In this document: positions 10,697 through 22,768 of the stretch, in pieces
How the letters are laid out: each line of letters starts with the position of its first letter
How positions within the stretch are numbered: the stretch's first letter is position 1
Assembly (NCBI GenBank): GCA_043228905.1
Contig: JBHGNT010000009.1
Span: forward strand, 11,408,001 to 11,472,000
Source: Azolla caroliniana
Taxonomy: Eukaryota > Plantae > Polypodiophyta
Direction of reading: 5' to 3'
Length of the DNA: 64,000 nt
The notes under the pieces: generated by a model
The model's input: the letters and a program-made list of their open reading frames with translations, nothing else
Databases searched by the model: none
Told to the model about the DNA's origin: nothing
Position numbers and translations under genes: made by a program

Positions 10697-11740
10697 CTCA
10701 TCCTCTATCTCCATATGACATAATCTACATATCCTTTCCTCTCTAGGGACTCCATTAGTATGACCATTCTCAAATCTCAAGTTGGTGAGATGATATTCTA
10801 AGTTGTCTAATGCCAACCCTTAATCCATTTGGTAAGAAAGTATTTAGATATTTTGGTTGTGTAATATTTACCTAACTTAGAGAAGTGCATGAAGTGTTCC
10901 TTATAGTACAACATTTTAGATGGGAGTGGCTCTAGTGGGTTGATCCATTTATATTTAGTGCAAATTTGCCATATTTCTTGGTGTATTACTTTATTACGGT
11001 CCTCATGAGAGATTAAAGTGTTATCAGTCTCATGGTTGTACCTAAGGGGATGTAGGTTATTAATATCAAGCCCATTTGCAAGAAGCCAACTCACCACAAT
11101 GCTATACCAAGAGCTAGTATCTCCAGACTCATATAGTGATCGAGATGCCTCAAAAGCTTGACAAGATATCCTACCTTGTGGTTGGCTATATATCCTATGA
11201 ATAAAAACTACAATTTGGAAAAGTACTTCTACTAACATCGGGGGTAAACTAAACTATGCTCTAATAATGTCAAGTGGTATTGTTGATTTTCTTTAGAGTT
11301 GACGTAATAACATCGTCACCAATGGTCTCTCTAATTGCTTCCACATGAAAGATGGTAGCCCTGGAGCCCAAACCATTGATGCATACATGAGGGAAGGGGT
11401 CACTAATGAGTCGAAGGGCCACCCCTTAGTCTGTGGCTCTTGAAAGTATGCATGGGGCCATTATCTCTCTAAGAGTGAGAGGGATGCATATCCTCTCGTT
11501 AGTTTATCGTTGGTTGCTTGTGTCATCGAAAATTTACCTGAGTGAGCACTAAAAGTGACACCAAGATATACATATGATCCAACTACCTCAACTGGTCTAT
11601 GAGAGAGGGTTAGGTGACATTAACTCCTAACTTGAGCATATGTGTGAAAGATTAGGACTTTAATTTTTCCTAGATTCACTACCAATCCTCATTGTGTGCA
11701 AAAGTGATCTAAGGCATTAAGGTTCCTTTGTAGGTCATCA
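10697..11740 (-). mobile_element. RTE-type LINE fragment (RT C-terminal part and zinc finger)
   Basis: Minus-strand motifs DDL..NLNAL..FC, GSYVYLGVTF and PREERICRLCHMEIEDE. Cut at its 3' end by the LTR ending at 10696. Confidence 0.75.
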
Positions 11741-11750
11741 GAGAGAGAGA

Positions 11751-14700
11751 GGGAGAAAGAGAAAAAAGCAAACACCGTTGCCGGTCATTGCTTCCGATGT
11801 GGTCGTTTAGGCCATTTCATGGTGGAATGTCATCAAACACCGGAAATGGAGGTGACTAATAAATCCCATGGTAATGAGTTAATGTCAGACTCTGTACTAA
11901 ATGATAATGAGGTGTTGAAAAGCAAGGAGGTAAATGTGGAAAAAGGTAAGAGTGCTATTATTCTAGAATATAATGACAAAGATACTCAAGAAAGAAGAAA
12001 AGATTTAATGGATGAGGGTGGATCTTGGATTAAGGTGACCTCTAAGGTAAATCATCCAAGGTACCAAAAAGACAAAGTTTATGCACATAATGGCCAAGAG
12101 AAGGGTAGTTCCTCTAGGGATCCTATGGGGTTATCACATGCACATAATTATGATCAATTGAGAGGGAGGTCAAAACCGTGGCAAGGGTCACAATATAAAC
12201 AATCTAATCAAGGGACAAAGCCTTTCAACCTTAGGTTTGATAAGAACGATAAAATCAATCTACCATTAAAAAAACAAACTGGGAAAAGAGATAATTCATG
12301 GGGTACAATGGTATCCACCAATAATCATAGACCATTTGTGCAAAATGCATTTGCAGTCGTAAGTGATTATTTCGGTGATATACCAAAGATATTGGCACAA
12401 CAGGAACAAGAACATGCCAAGAAGAAACATAATTAGTGAGTAATGAAGATAGTCACATGGAATGTAAGGGGAATTTGTTCTTCGTCCAAGAAGTATGGTA
12501 TGTGGAAAAGTATTTTTAATAGTCAATGGGATATATTATGTGCAATAGAACATGAGGAGCATGTTAAGTCTGGGTCTTCTTTTCATCATAAGCAATATCA
12601 TGTGTTTTATCCTGGAGTCAATGGAGGCCCTTATTCAGGTGTAATGCTTATTATAAGGGATAGTTTGAAACCAGTCGTGATTCAAAGAGATGTACATGGT
12701 CGGTTCTTGGTGGTTGAAGTTAATTATGAAGGGAAATATATTTGGGTGGTTGGCATTTATGGATCGAATGTTGCAAGACATCGTATGGAACTTTGGTGAT
12801 GCTTAAATCAAGTTTTTCTTCATGGGAGATCAAGTTTTTGTTAGGGGATTTTAATATGTGTTCTGAGATGGGTCAATCTACTTCGATGCATGGCTTGATG
12901 GATGCCCCTGAATGAGAGGTATGGGATTTGTTTATGATGGATGTCGTAAGGTATGATGCATGGACCTGGATCAATGGAAATGATGTTGGTTATACATTTC
13001 AATCGGCACAATGTAGATCAACTTGGAGTAGACTGGATCACATTTATATTATGCATGATGATACATTGTTGCCAGAGTTTTTGACTATGCAAGTGTATAG
13101 GGGGATTGGATCATCAGATCATTTCCTAGTTGTTTTGGAATGCACACATCAAATTGTGGATGATTTTATATCTTTATTGGGGAGACAACCATTGAGATTT
13201 AATTCATCTTTTCTTGGACATGATAAATTTAAGCATGCTATGGGACAATTGGTGGGGGGAGTTTACAAGACAAGTCAATGTCCACAGTGTTTCATCATGG
13301 GATATTTGTCTTTCCAATATTCAACGATTTACACGATATTATGGAATTTATCAAGCATCTATCCGTAAACAAAAGATGAGTTTATCACAACACTCTCTAG
13401 ATAGATGTAATGCATTGTTGGTAAAGATTCCATTTGATGATGTGTAGTTGGATATTCAAGAGACACTATCACAAGCCTTACAAGTATTGGAGGTTCATAG
13501 TTATCAACAATCATAGGTGATGGTGATGAAAAAGGAAGTACATGATCACAAATGTACTTCACATAAGTTTTATCATGGGTTGTAGGCATCTCATGCTAGA
13601 ATGAATGTGGTAAGTGTAGAGATTGATGGAACTTTGAATACAAACCCACAAGTGATTATTGATAATTGTGTTAAACATTTCACGAATCTTTTTGGGCAAG
13701 ACAATATTATGAATGATGACATAACACAAGCACGATCGATGTTATTTAACTCAGTCAAGGTGAGTGGTGGGCAACATGTCATGATTGCATTGGAGGAGGA
13801 TATAAAGGAGGAGGAGGTGGAATATGTATTGTCACATCTTCCAATTGATAAAAGCCCGGGTTGGGATGGCATTATGAATGAGTTTTTTAAAGCCTTAGTA
13901 CCAGGACTCAAAGCCCCTCTAACAAGGATATTCCAAGAAATGTGGAGTTCTGGTAAAATGCCCGATTCATGGGTCTGGTTAAACTTTTACCAAAAGTTGC
14001 ATCTCCTATGTCTTTTGCTCAATGGAGGCCGATATCATTAATGGGTGAGATGTATAAGATTTTTGCCAAAGTAATTGCAAATAGACTTCAAAAGGTGTTG
14101 TATTCTATGGTCCATCCAATGCAATGTGGGTTTATTGAGGGAAGGGACATCCTGCATAGTATTTTGAATGTGCAAATGGCAGTGGATTATGCAAAGGAAT
14201 CCAAACAACAAATTGTAATGATACAACTTGACATCGAGAAGGCATATGATCATGTAAGTTGGTCTTTTATTACTCAACTTATGTCTCATATGGGTTTTGG
14301 GGAAAGGATGTCTCGAATATCGTTGTTGGTGGGATTAGCTGCAATCTCACACATTATGTTAAATGGTGGAGTTACTAAGGCAATACCATTGAAAAGATCA
14401 TTTAGACAATGATGCCGATTGAGTCCATTATTATTTGCAATTGCTACACACCCGATTTTGGTGAAGATGCATGAGTTGGCAACACGTGGGGAAATAGTTG
14501 GATTAGCACTACCATCATGGAAACAATTGATCACCCAAGCATTGGTTGATGATTCGTTTTTATTTCTCAAGCAACACCTGATACCATAGCTAAAGCCATG
14601 GAGGTGTGGAATGTGTTCGCATTGGTGTCAGGATTACATATAAATATGCAGAAGTTGATGCTCATTAGATGCACTGAGAGTGATTTGGTTGATCTTGGAT

Positions 14701-16442
14701 GGGGTGGCCAAATATTAGATCAAGGGAATGTGTGTCGACACTTAGGTTACCCTATTGGTGTTGATATCTCATCATTGCAAAGTTTGAATTGGATATCGAG
14801 AACCATTTTGGACAAATTTATGTATTGGAAGTCTCAAGCATGGTCGTTTAGTACTCGTCTCAAAGTGGTACCAGCTATAATGATTCCAATGATTTCTTAT
14901 TTTTTTCCATTGTTACCATGGACAAAGAAATCATTTGATCATTTAGCTTGTTCACTTAAATATACACTATGGAAGAAACAAACAAACCTTGGTATGAGGT
15001 GGGTAGCATGTAACAATGTTTGTACCCCAAAACGGTTAGGGGGTGCGACTTTACTAAATTTAGAAGATCATATGGTGGCTCGAAGATTCAATCTTTTGAA
15101 AGGTATGTGCATAGGTACCCAACCTTTGGGCAGAAATAATTACTTATTTTCAAGAAAAGGTTGGTATTTACCATGGGAAAACGAGAATTACAGCGTCATG
15201 GTGGCATGCTGTTAATAGCACCCAACAATTTAACTGTTCAGAATCTATAATGGTTCAACAATTGGTGCTTTCTTGGCAGCGGTGTTTGATGTTGTTTAAT
15301 TGGAGGCCTCCTAACTGCAAAAAAGATATAAATTCATTGGCAACAGAGGTGTTGGCAACTTCAAGGATATTACACTGGGTTGGAAAAGAAAGTCTAAATT
15401 CACAGTTCAATCGAATGGCAAGGCTAGGCTTGGTACCTGTGGAAGATGGTATTTTAGAGTCACCTAGGAAAATGATGACCTTTCGGACAATCAGAAATAA
15501 GTTTCATATACCACGTGGATATGGGGATATTTAGCAATCAATATTGGCATTTCCTAGGTTAGTTTTCCCAATTCCAGAGTTGGTGGTGGAGGAACCATGG
15601 AAATATTGGTCATTTGGTAATGGGAAGTCGATTTATGTGGTGCACACTAATGATGTGTACCATAAGTTGGTTGAAGATAGAGCTTGGTTAGCAAATAAGG
15701 TGTTGGATACATGGAGACTTACTAGAAATGTAAAGTGGTGGCATAGAGTTTTAGATGCAGGGTGGCAATCTCATCTTCCATTCCATGTAAAGGTGTTTCT
15801 TTGGTGCACCATAGTTGGCGGGTTGCCTTTGGCGATGGTCTTAAAACGAAGACACATTTCGAATGGGACATGTTTTTCCTGTACGGTGGTTGAAAAAGAT
15901 GCCATACATAGGTTCATTACATGTTCGGTTGCTAAAGCCATTTGGGTGATTATGTCACAAATTTGGGATCGATAACAGGAAATATTTTATCACCTTATAA
16001 ATGGGTTTTTATGGATGAGGACAAAGTTATGCCCACACCATCGTATAAGGTTGTTTTTTATTACCTTAGATATTGGGGGATGTGGTTTAATCATGGTTGT
16101 TTGCGTACCCGTATTTAACGTTTAAATACGTATAGTACCTCATAATTTGTATAGTACGTACTATACCTCAATGTTGTTCAGTCAAATATCATGTACATTT
16201 GTCCAATATGGTATTTAACGTACATTTGAAAAAACAGGTATAATACGTATCTATAAAAAAATGTAAGTAAAACCCCAACAAAAAGCAAAAGAAAAAAAAA
16301 GATTTTAGTGAAAAAGAAAGGAGAACAGAAGAGATGACGATGACAAAGAAGAAGAAAAAAAAAGAGAAACGAATATAGAAACCTATCCTGACTCTGAGTG
16401 TGATAATCATAGAAGATAGAAGAAGAAGAAGAAGAAGAAGAA

Positions 16443-16499
<57 letters not shown>

Positions 16500-17013
16500 G
16501 AAGAAGAAGAGAGAAAAGAAGAGAGAAACCTATAATGAGTGTGATAATCGTAGACGATTCCTCAATCTATGGGGGCGTAAACTAGAAATAATATTTAAAG
16601 TATTGTACGTAATCTACGTTAAATACATATTTTATAAGTATTTAACGTATTAAATAACGTATTTTAAAATTGGGAGGTACTATACGCGTATTAATACGTT
16701 ATATACGTATGGTATCCGTACCGTATCTAACGTACCTAACAACCTACCGTTTAATTGGACCATGAGAAATGAGTTCTTGTTTGGTGAACTTCATGGGATA
16801 CCATAACAAATCCGTAGGATGAAAGGGAAATTGATTTGACAATTTTCACAACTATGTTGTATGGGGACGTTGTCCCAAGAGGAGATGGACTTAAATGTCA
16901 TCTAGTTTTACAACACTTGAGAGGGTTTCCCTTGCACTATCACTATTTATGAAGTAGTGAAGATAGCAAGGGTTGTATTATCATCTTGTTTTAATAACAA
17001 ACATTGATTTACG

Positions 17014-17016
<3 letters not shown>
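11751..17016 (+). mobile_element. 5'-truncated L1/Tx1-type LINE, degenerate
   Basis: ORF1 C-terminus with the CCHC knuckle CFRCGRLGHFMVEC (stop at 12436). ORF2 from 12443: APE (IVTWNVRG, SRLD, SDH), RT (KSPGWDG, WRPISL, LDIEKAYDHVSW, RHLGYPIG, PKRLGG) and zf-RVT (KVFLW...CFSC...HRFITC). Many stops. Confidence 0.92.
16092..16747. mobile_element. hAT-type MITE carrying a (GAA)n(GAT)n microsatellite, inserted in the LINE
   Basis: TSD GGTTTAAT / CGTTTAAT (7 of 8 match). Degenerate TIR CATGGTTGTT / AACAACCTAC. Dense TACGTA-like subterminal motifs. Removal restores the LINE frame YWGMWFNWTMRNEFLF. Confidence 0.75.

Positions 17017-17049
<33 letters not shown>
17017..17049. repeat. (AG)n microsatellite between the 3' ends of two LINEs
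   Basis: Read directly from the sequence. Confidence 0.95.
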
Positions 17050-17052
<3 letters not shown>

Positions 17053-19820
17053 ATACATTATCGTCTTCGGATGTCAAATATGACCAAAGAGATAGATATA
17101 TACTATTATCATCTTCGGAGGTCAAATATGACCTATGAGACCAAAAATATTACATTTCACATGATACATTTGAAAGTGAGGAGCGACTCTCGATGTTCAA
17201 GAACTTTACCAATGAATGTTGCAATCGAGAGTGCACATTGTGGTTGTGACAGAAAATCATGCAAGGATTGGGCTTGGTCGAAGATATGTGGAAAGAATGG
17301 TTGAATATGATCAAAGGTAGAGCATTGTATCATTGTGTGATACTCAGACTCTAGAACTTGTTTAGGGCAAAGTGTGCATAGTTGACCACTCTCATCACAT
17401 GTGTCCCACCACCCCATCTCACATCGCAATGCATGTGAGCTAAGTTGCATGGAAGCAATGGTTCGAATGGCAGATAACAAGATGGACTCTAACATGTATC
17501 GATGTGTATAGTTTCCCCCTTCTGCGAAGAATATAGTTTTGTAGTTAGGTCCAACATGTGTAGTATAATGTGTCAAGCGTGAACCTCCACATTTGTCTCA
17601 TGTCATGATACATTGGCATTGCAAAAAGGCCTCATTTATAGAGGAATCTAGTGATGCATCATGAAGCAAGTGTCTTGCATCCCATCTACCAAACCATTTT
17701 TCCATATCTTGCACCCAACTAGAACACAAAATTTTGCTTTTATGCGTCTTTTGGATTGTTTTGCTTGCTTCCCATGCAATTCTAGGAAGTCGATGTGAGG
17801 GACTTTTTTGAACCTTAAGCATGTATTCAATAACTCCTTCCATGACCATGATCTTAATGAGAAGCGATCCTGTCTCAAGGAGGATGAGGGTGTAGGGCGT
17901 TTGTTTCTTAACTTGTAGAAACTTTGTAAGAAAATGTTTGTAGACATTTTCAAACTCTTTCCACATAGATTTAGGGATGTTACCACCCCATAGAGAAGCA
18001 CCAGTGTCACCAAAGTGTCGAAAAGATATTTCTTGAGGACCCAACACTTAATATCTCCATGATTGCATGTGTTCTCAAATGCATAGTATGCTCTCTTACC
18101 CGCCTCTAAGCGGCGTGTAGCACATTCATTCCATCTATGATTTGAAGGAACTTCAAGGCCAAGATATTTAAAGCTTTCCACACATTCAAGTGGCTCATTA
18201 TTGTACATAATGCATGGTTTATCTCTTTTTTGGCTCTTCACAAGCTTAATCTTTGTTTTAAAACCATTGACACTTAATTTAGCATGCATGCAAAAAATTT
18301 CCAATGCCTTCATAAGCTTTTGTGCATCTCCTAAAGTATTTGCAAAAAGCACTACATATGCATATAGTAAAAGCATAATGACAACATTCCCAATTGAAAT
18401 TTCTTCAACACATTCTTCCTTTAGAAATTAGGCAACCATTTCTTCTAATTCATCAATGCATAGATCAAATAGTGTTGGTGAGAGTGGGCATCCTTGCTTA
18501 ACACGAATAGTGTTATTGAAAAAATCTAAAAGTTTATCTCTTATATGCACACAACATATAACCTTCTAATATATTCGGGAAATTGCAAGCATATATATAT
18601 TCACTTGGCACCTCAACTTCTTCCATTCGCCTCCAAAGATGCCCACGAGGTACCATATCAAAAGCTTTCTTGAAGTCTACAAAGAAACAATATAGACCTT
18701 TACCTCTAAGGCAACTTTCCTCCATTAATACTCGAAGGGTGACAAGGTGATCAATGGTGCTATGGTGTTTTCGAAATCGAGCTTGTCCATAAGCTCTCTT
18801 ACCATTTTTTTCAGCCCATGCAGTTATCTTTGATTCTATTATACATCCAAATAGTTTTGACATTAATGAACCAACCATGATGGTTCGATAGTTGTTTACA
18901 TTATTTACATCTCCTCCACCTTTATGTAAAGGTTTGATCCAATTTGTAGTCCAATCATATGACATAACATGTTGCAATGCATCGTTAAACATAACGCTTA
19001 TCCATACATGTGCTTCCTTTCCCGTCCATTTGAGCATTTAAGTCTTTATACATTGAAGATCGTTTGCGTTTCGAGAGGCCAATTTCTTAAATCCTATGCA
19101 TATATCTTCAATTGTAAAGAAGGGAGACATATGTGAAAGAGAACCATAACGCATCATCTTTCCCGCAAGAAATAGCTCATATAAATTCTTACAATGCATA
19201 GACAAGTCATGAAGAGTTAAGTCACCATAACTCTCAACACGTTTCCCCTTTAGATTTCCCCAAAATTTAGCACATGCATGTGATTTCTCTTGTGTTTGGA
19301 GAAATTGTTGAGTAACTTCCCATATTCTTCTCTTTCTTTGAATAAGCCTTTTATACTCATGCAAATGCTTTTGGTAATTTTCTTTATCCTTAACTACATC
19401 TAAAACCATAAGGCACTTTCGAGCTTCATGACATTCTTTATCAACCCATTTTTTTCTTTGAACTACATTTCTTGGTGCATTTCGAAGATGTGTGGTTGGT
19501 CAAAAAGCATTTGTTTGTACATGAGAGAACGACTTTCTTAAAAGCTTCCCATTTTGCATTCTAGTGTGGCACTAGGTTGTATCTTTGTCATTTGTAACTT
19601 ATCCTCAACTATCTTGGAATACATGGGCGCTCGCTTAAGGTTCATGTTCAAATGCGGTTGTTTATTATCTTCAATGCCTTCTCACAATCAAACCTATTCA
19701 TACATTTGAGGTCAATACATAAAGCCCTATGATTTGATTTCGTACATAAAGCCCTATGATTTGATTTCGGTGTCCATTCACCAAGTGAGAACTCATGTAT
19801 ACGATCCAAAATACCTAAAT
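17050..19820 (-). mobile_element. RTE-type LINE, 5'-truncated and degenerate
   Basis: ORF pieces with NNYRTI, FVDFKKAFDMVPR, VKQGCPLSPTLF, FKYLGLE and CTLCPKQVLESEYHTMIQC. The 3' tail has two copies of ATTATC(G/A)TCTTCGGA(T/G)GTCAAATATGACC. Confidence 0.9.
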
Positions 19821-20595
19821 TAGACTTACTCTCACTTGATGACTAAAATGTTGTATTAATCATCATAAAAGTTTTCATAAACTTAATTAATGATTTGCTT
19901 CTAAAAAATGGGCATGCACTATTGAGATTGATATAATTTCAAGAATGTAAATAGTGAGAACATAAACATCAGCCTTTGAAAGACAATGCTAAGAAGTGGA
20001 CGCATTTCATTAGAGAAGAAAAATAGCATCAACTTCCTTTGGTTAGTGAGACATAATTGGTAGTTCGTTTTGTTGGGATTCACACTTATCTTACATAAAT
20101 GTATACTGACAAATCAATTTTCTTCTATCGAGTAGAAACCAGAAAGTTGCATGTGGAAGGATTCACAAAACTCTGACATTTTTTATAGCTTGATGTGAAA
20201 TGCATGATGATGATCAAATTCCTCTAGTAACCATATTGTGAGAAATAGTGCCAAAAGATTGTTGAATCTTTTGGTCATGTGCAAACGTGTGAATGCTAGG
20301 GAGGGGACATCCTATCTGTATCCAAATCCTCTTGAGAGAGAGTGCTTTCACACATTTTGTCTATCTGTTATACCTTATGTATGGGTATATTATCATCCCC
20401 TTTATGCCCAAGGAGAAGAGGCAAATATATATATGTATACCAATGAATTGCTGTCATTGCCTAGAGGATAGAACCTCATGATTGAATTGGAAATGTTATG
20501 TATGCACCTATTGTATGAACACAAGTGTTCTATGTACAAACATATATGCATGTACATCTCCACATCCCCTTACATTGTTCATGCATGTACTCGCG

Positions 20596-20611
20596 CGTGC
20601 GCACATACACA

Positions 20612-20658
<47 letters not shown>

Positions 20659-21983
20659 TCTATGTACAAATATATGAAAACATACACATCTAGATATCTT
20701 TGGATGTCATACTCATACCTCTCCTTAGTCATCATTATGTCTCTACTTTTCATGGATAGAGAATCTATAATTATTGTAGTGTTTTGGATGATATTTACTT
20801 TTGTACTCCCTTATGTTATATTGTTAACTTGTGTTATGGATAAATGGTGATGATCTAATGACACATTTACTCCTTAGCATTTTGCATACCTATTCTTTTT
20901 TACAGTGTTATTCTATGATAAAGGTAGCCTACTTTTGTTGCGTTTTTTTTTACTTAGTCTCTAGGTTGGATTCAAATGACCTTTGCTTCGATAATTATGT
21001 TGAAAGAGCCCACATTTCCTTTATGTTGATGTTTGGATTTGTGTGGTATTGCTATAAAGCTAGCAATGTCATCCATCATCTCTTTCTCTTCATAAAATGA
21101 AAGGCCCTTTATTTTCTTGTTGCTTGTCATTTAGGGGTTAGGGGTGTGTGGGAGCATGAGAGAGAGAGAGAGAGAGAGAGAGAGGTAATAATGCAATGTT
21201 ATTTAAGTTGCTAGTTCTAATCTTCCTAGATATTCAAGGGTCCCCTTATCACACTTTGTTTCTTTGTCAATGAGGTCTTTCGGGCTTTTTTTCTTTCATG
21301 CTTCGCAATCAATACAAGTCTACTAACTAATCTTTACATAATTTCCGCCCCTCATGGGATGGATCTGAAAGGGAAGAGAAAAATACTCTTATAAGAAAGA
21401 AAAGGAAAAAAGTGAAGAGGGAAGAATGATGGGCTCCAACCAACTAGATTGATTTGTTTTGGGGGGGGGAGAGAGAGAGAGAGAGAGAGAGTCAAGTGGG
21501 ATCTCGTTGATTGCACATGTGGAGAGGGAATCAAGATGAGACATTGGGATCTCTCAAACCCTCGATTTATGTAAAGCATTGGGAGGGTCGCATTAGCATA
21601 TAATTATGTATGTATTCATATTGTTAGGGAGGAGGGGAGGTGGGTAGTACACTTCCATAACCTCTCGATTAATTAAGGTATAATATACATTCATGAGTGA
21701 GAAAAGGGAATTGTGATTGCATATGAGAAACACACACATTCATGCACATGAGTAGTCAATTCCATGTACATAATTTCATTAGGGGAGAGAGTGTTGGGTG
21801 GGCATATGTGGTTTGTAAGTAGCAGTATTATTGTAGTCATGTACACACATACACACATACACACACACACATGTGTTGGATGAGCAAACGTTAATGGAAT
21901 AATCCATGGCTCTTCTCCTTTCGTCCACACCTACACTCTCCTCCGTCAATCCATCCATCCATACGATAGATATTAACAAGCAT

Positions 21984-22017
<34 letters not shown>

Positions 22018-22500
22018 CCTCCCCTCCTCCCCCCCCCCCCCCCAAACAAAAAAAAGCCTCCTCTAAAACTGGCTACTACTCCTAGTCCTCCTCCTCCTCC
22101 TCCTCCTAGTAGTAGTAGTAGTAGTAGTAGTAATAGACTTTAGTAGTAGTAGTTTTTTGGTACTCTCTCAAAAACTACTACCACTATGTACATCTCTCTC
22201 TCTCTCCCACTCAACTTATTCTATGCTTTGGTTTCTCTTTCCCTTTTCCCTTTTCTTTTTGCTTCTGTTTTACCTCTTCTTCTTCTTCTTTCTTCTTCTT
22301 CTTTTTATTAATTTCAGTAAAGCTATGAAATGCCCATCCACACACACACACTCACTCACTCTCTCTCTCTCTCTATTCTTCTGTGTGTCTGTGTGTCTGT
22401 ACTATTCTGCAACTGTATCCCTTATAACTTCTTTGACATCAGGGAATATATCTTTCACTCACTCACTCTCTCTCTCTCTCTCTGTCACTGGGATCTCCCT
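20596..22500. repeat. Microsatellite-rich intergenic/upstream region: (CA)n, (AG)n, poly-C, (CCT)n(AGT)n, (CT)n
   Basis: Tracts read directly at about 20605-20656, 21158-21184, 21460-21491, 21986-22043, 22085-22153 and 22337-22482. Confidence 0.9.
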
Positions 22501-22768
22501 CTCCCTACCTTAACCATAAACTTGCTTCATTATATTTCTATGTTCTTCTTATGTTGTCTACATGTATCAAATGAGGATATAATCCACGATAAAAGATCGA
22601 TAGGGAAATGGGTTTTGTTTCTCGAGAAGATTATGCTCGGTTGATCCAAGCGCGCCTCTGCAATTGTTATGAATTCAGAGCTGGATATATTGTACAGAAT
22701 TTCTCTTAAAGATTTGTTAACGAAAGAAAGCAGAAGAAAGGATCCAGGTAGAACACGAGTAGACAACG

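Noticed and set aside
16444-16653. Poly-Met/Lys ORF
   Set aside because: It is the translation of a (GAT)n(GAA)n microsatellite inside a MITE.
20238-22644. Short hydrophobic or His/Thr-rich ORFs upstream of the CIP7-like gene
   Set aside because: They derive from CA, CT and T-rich simple repeats.
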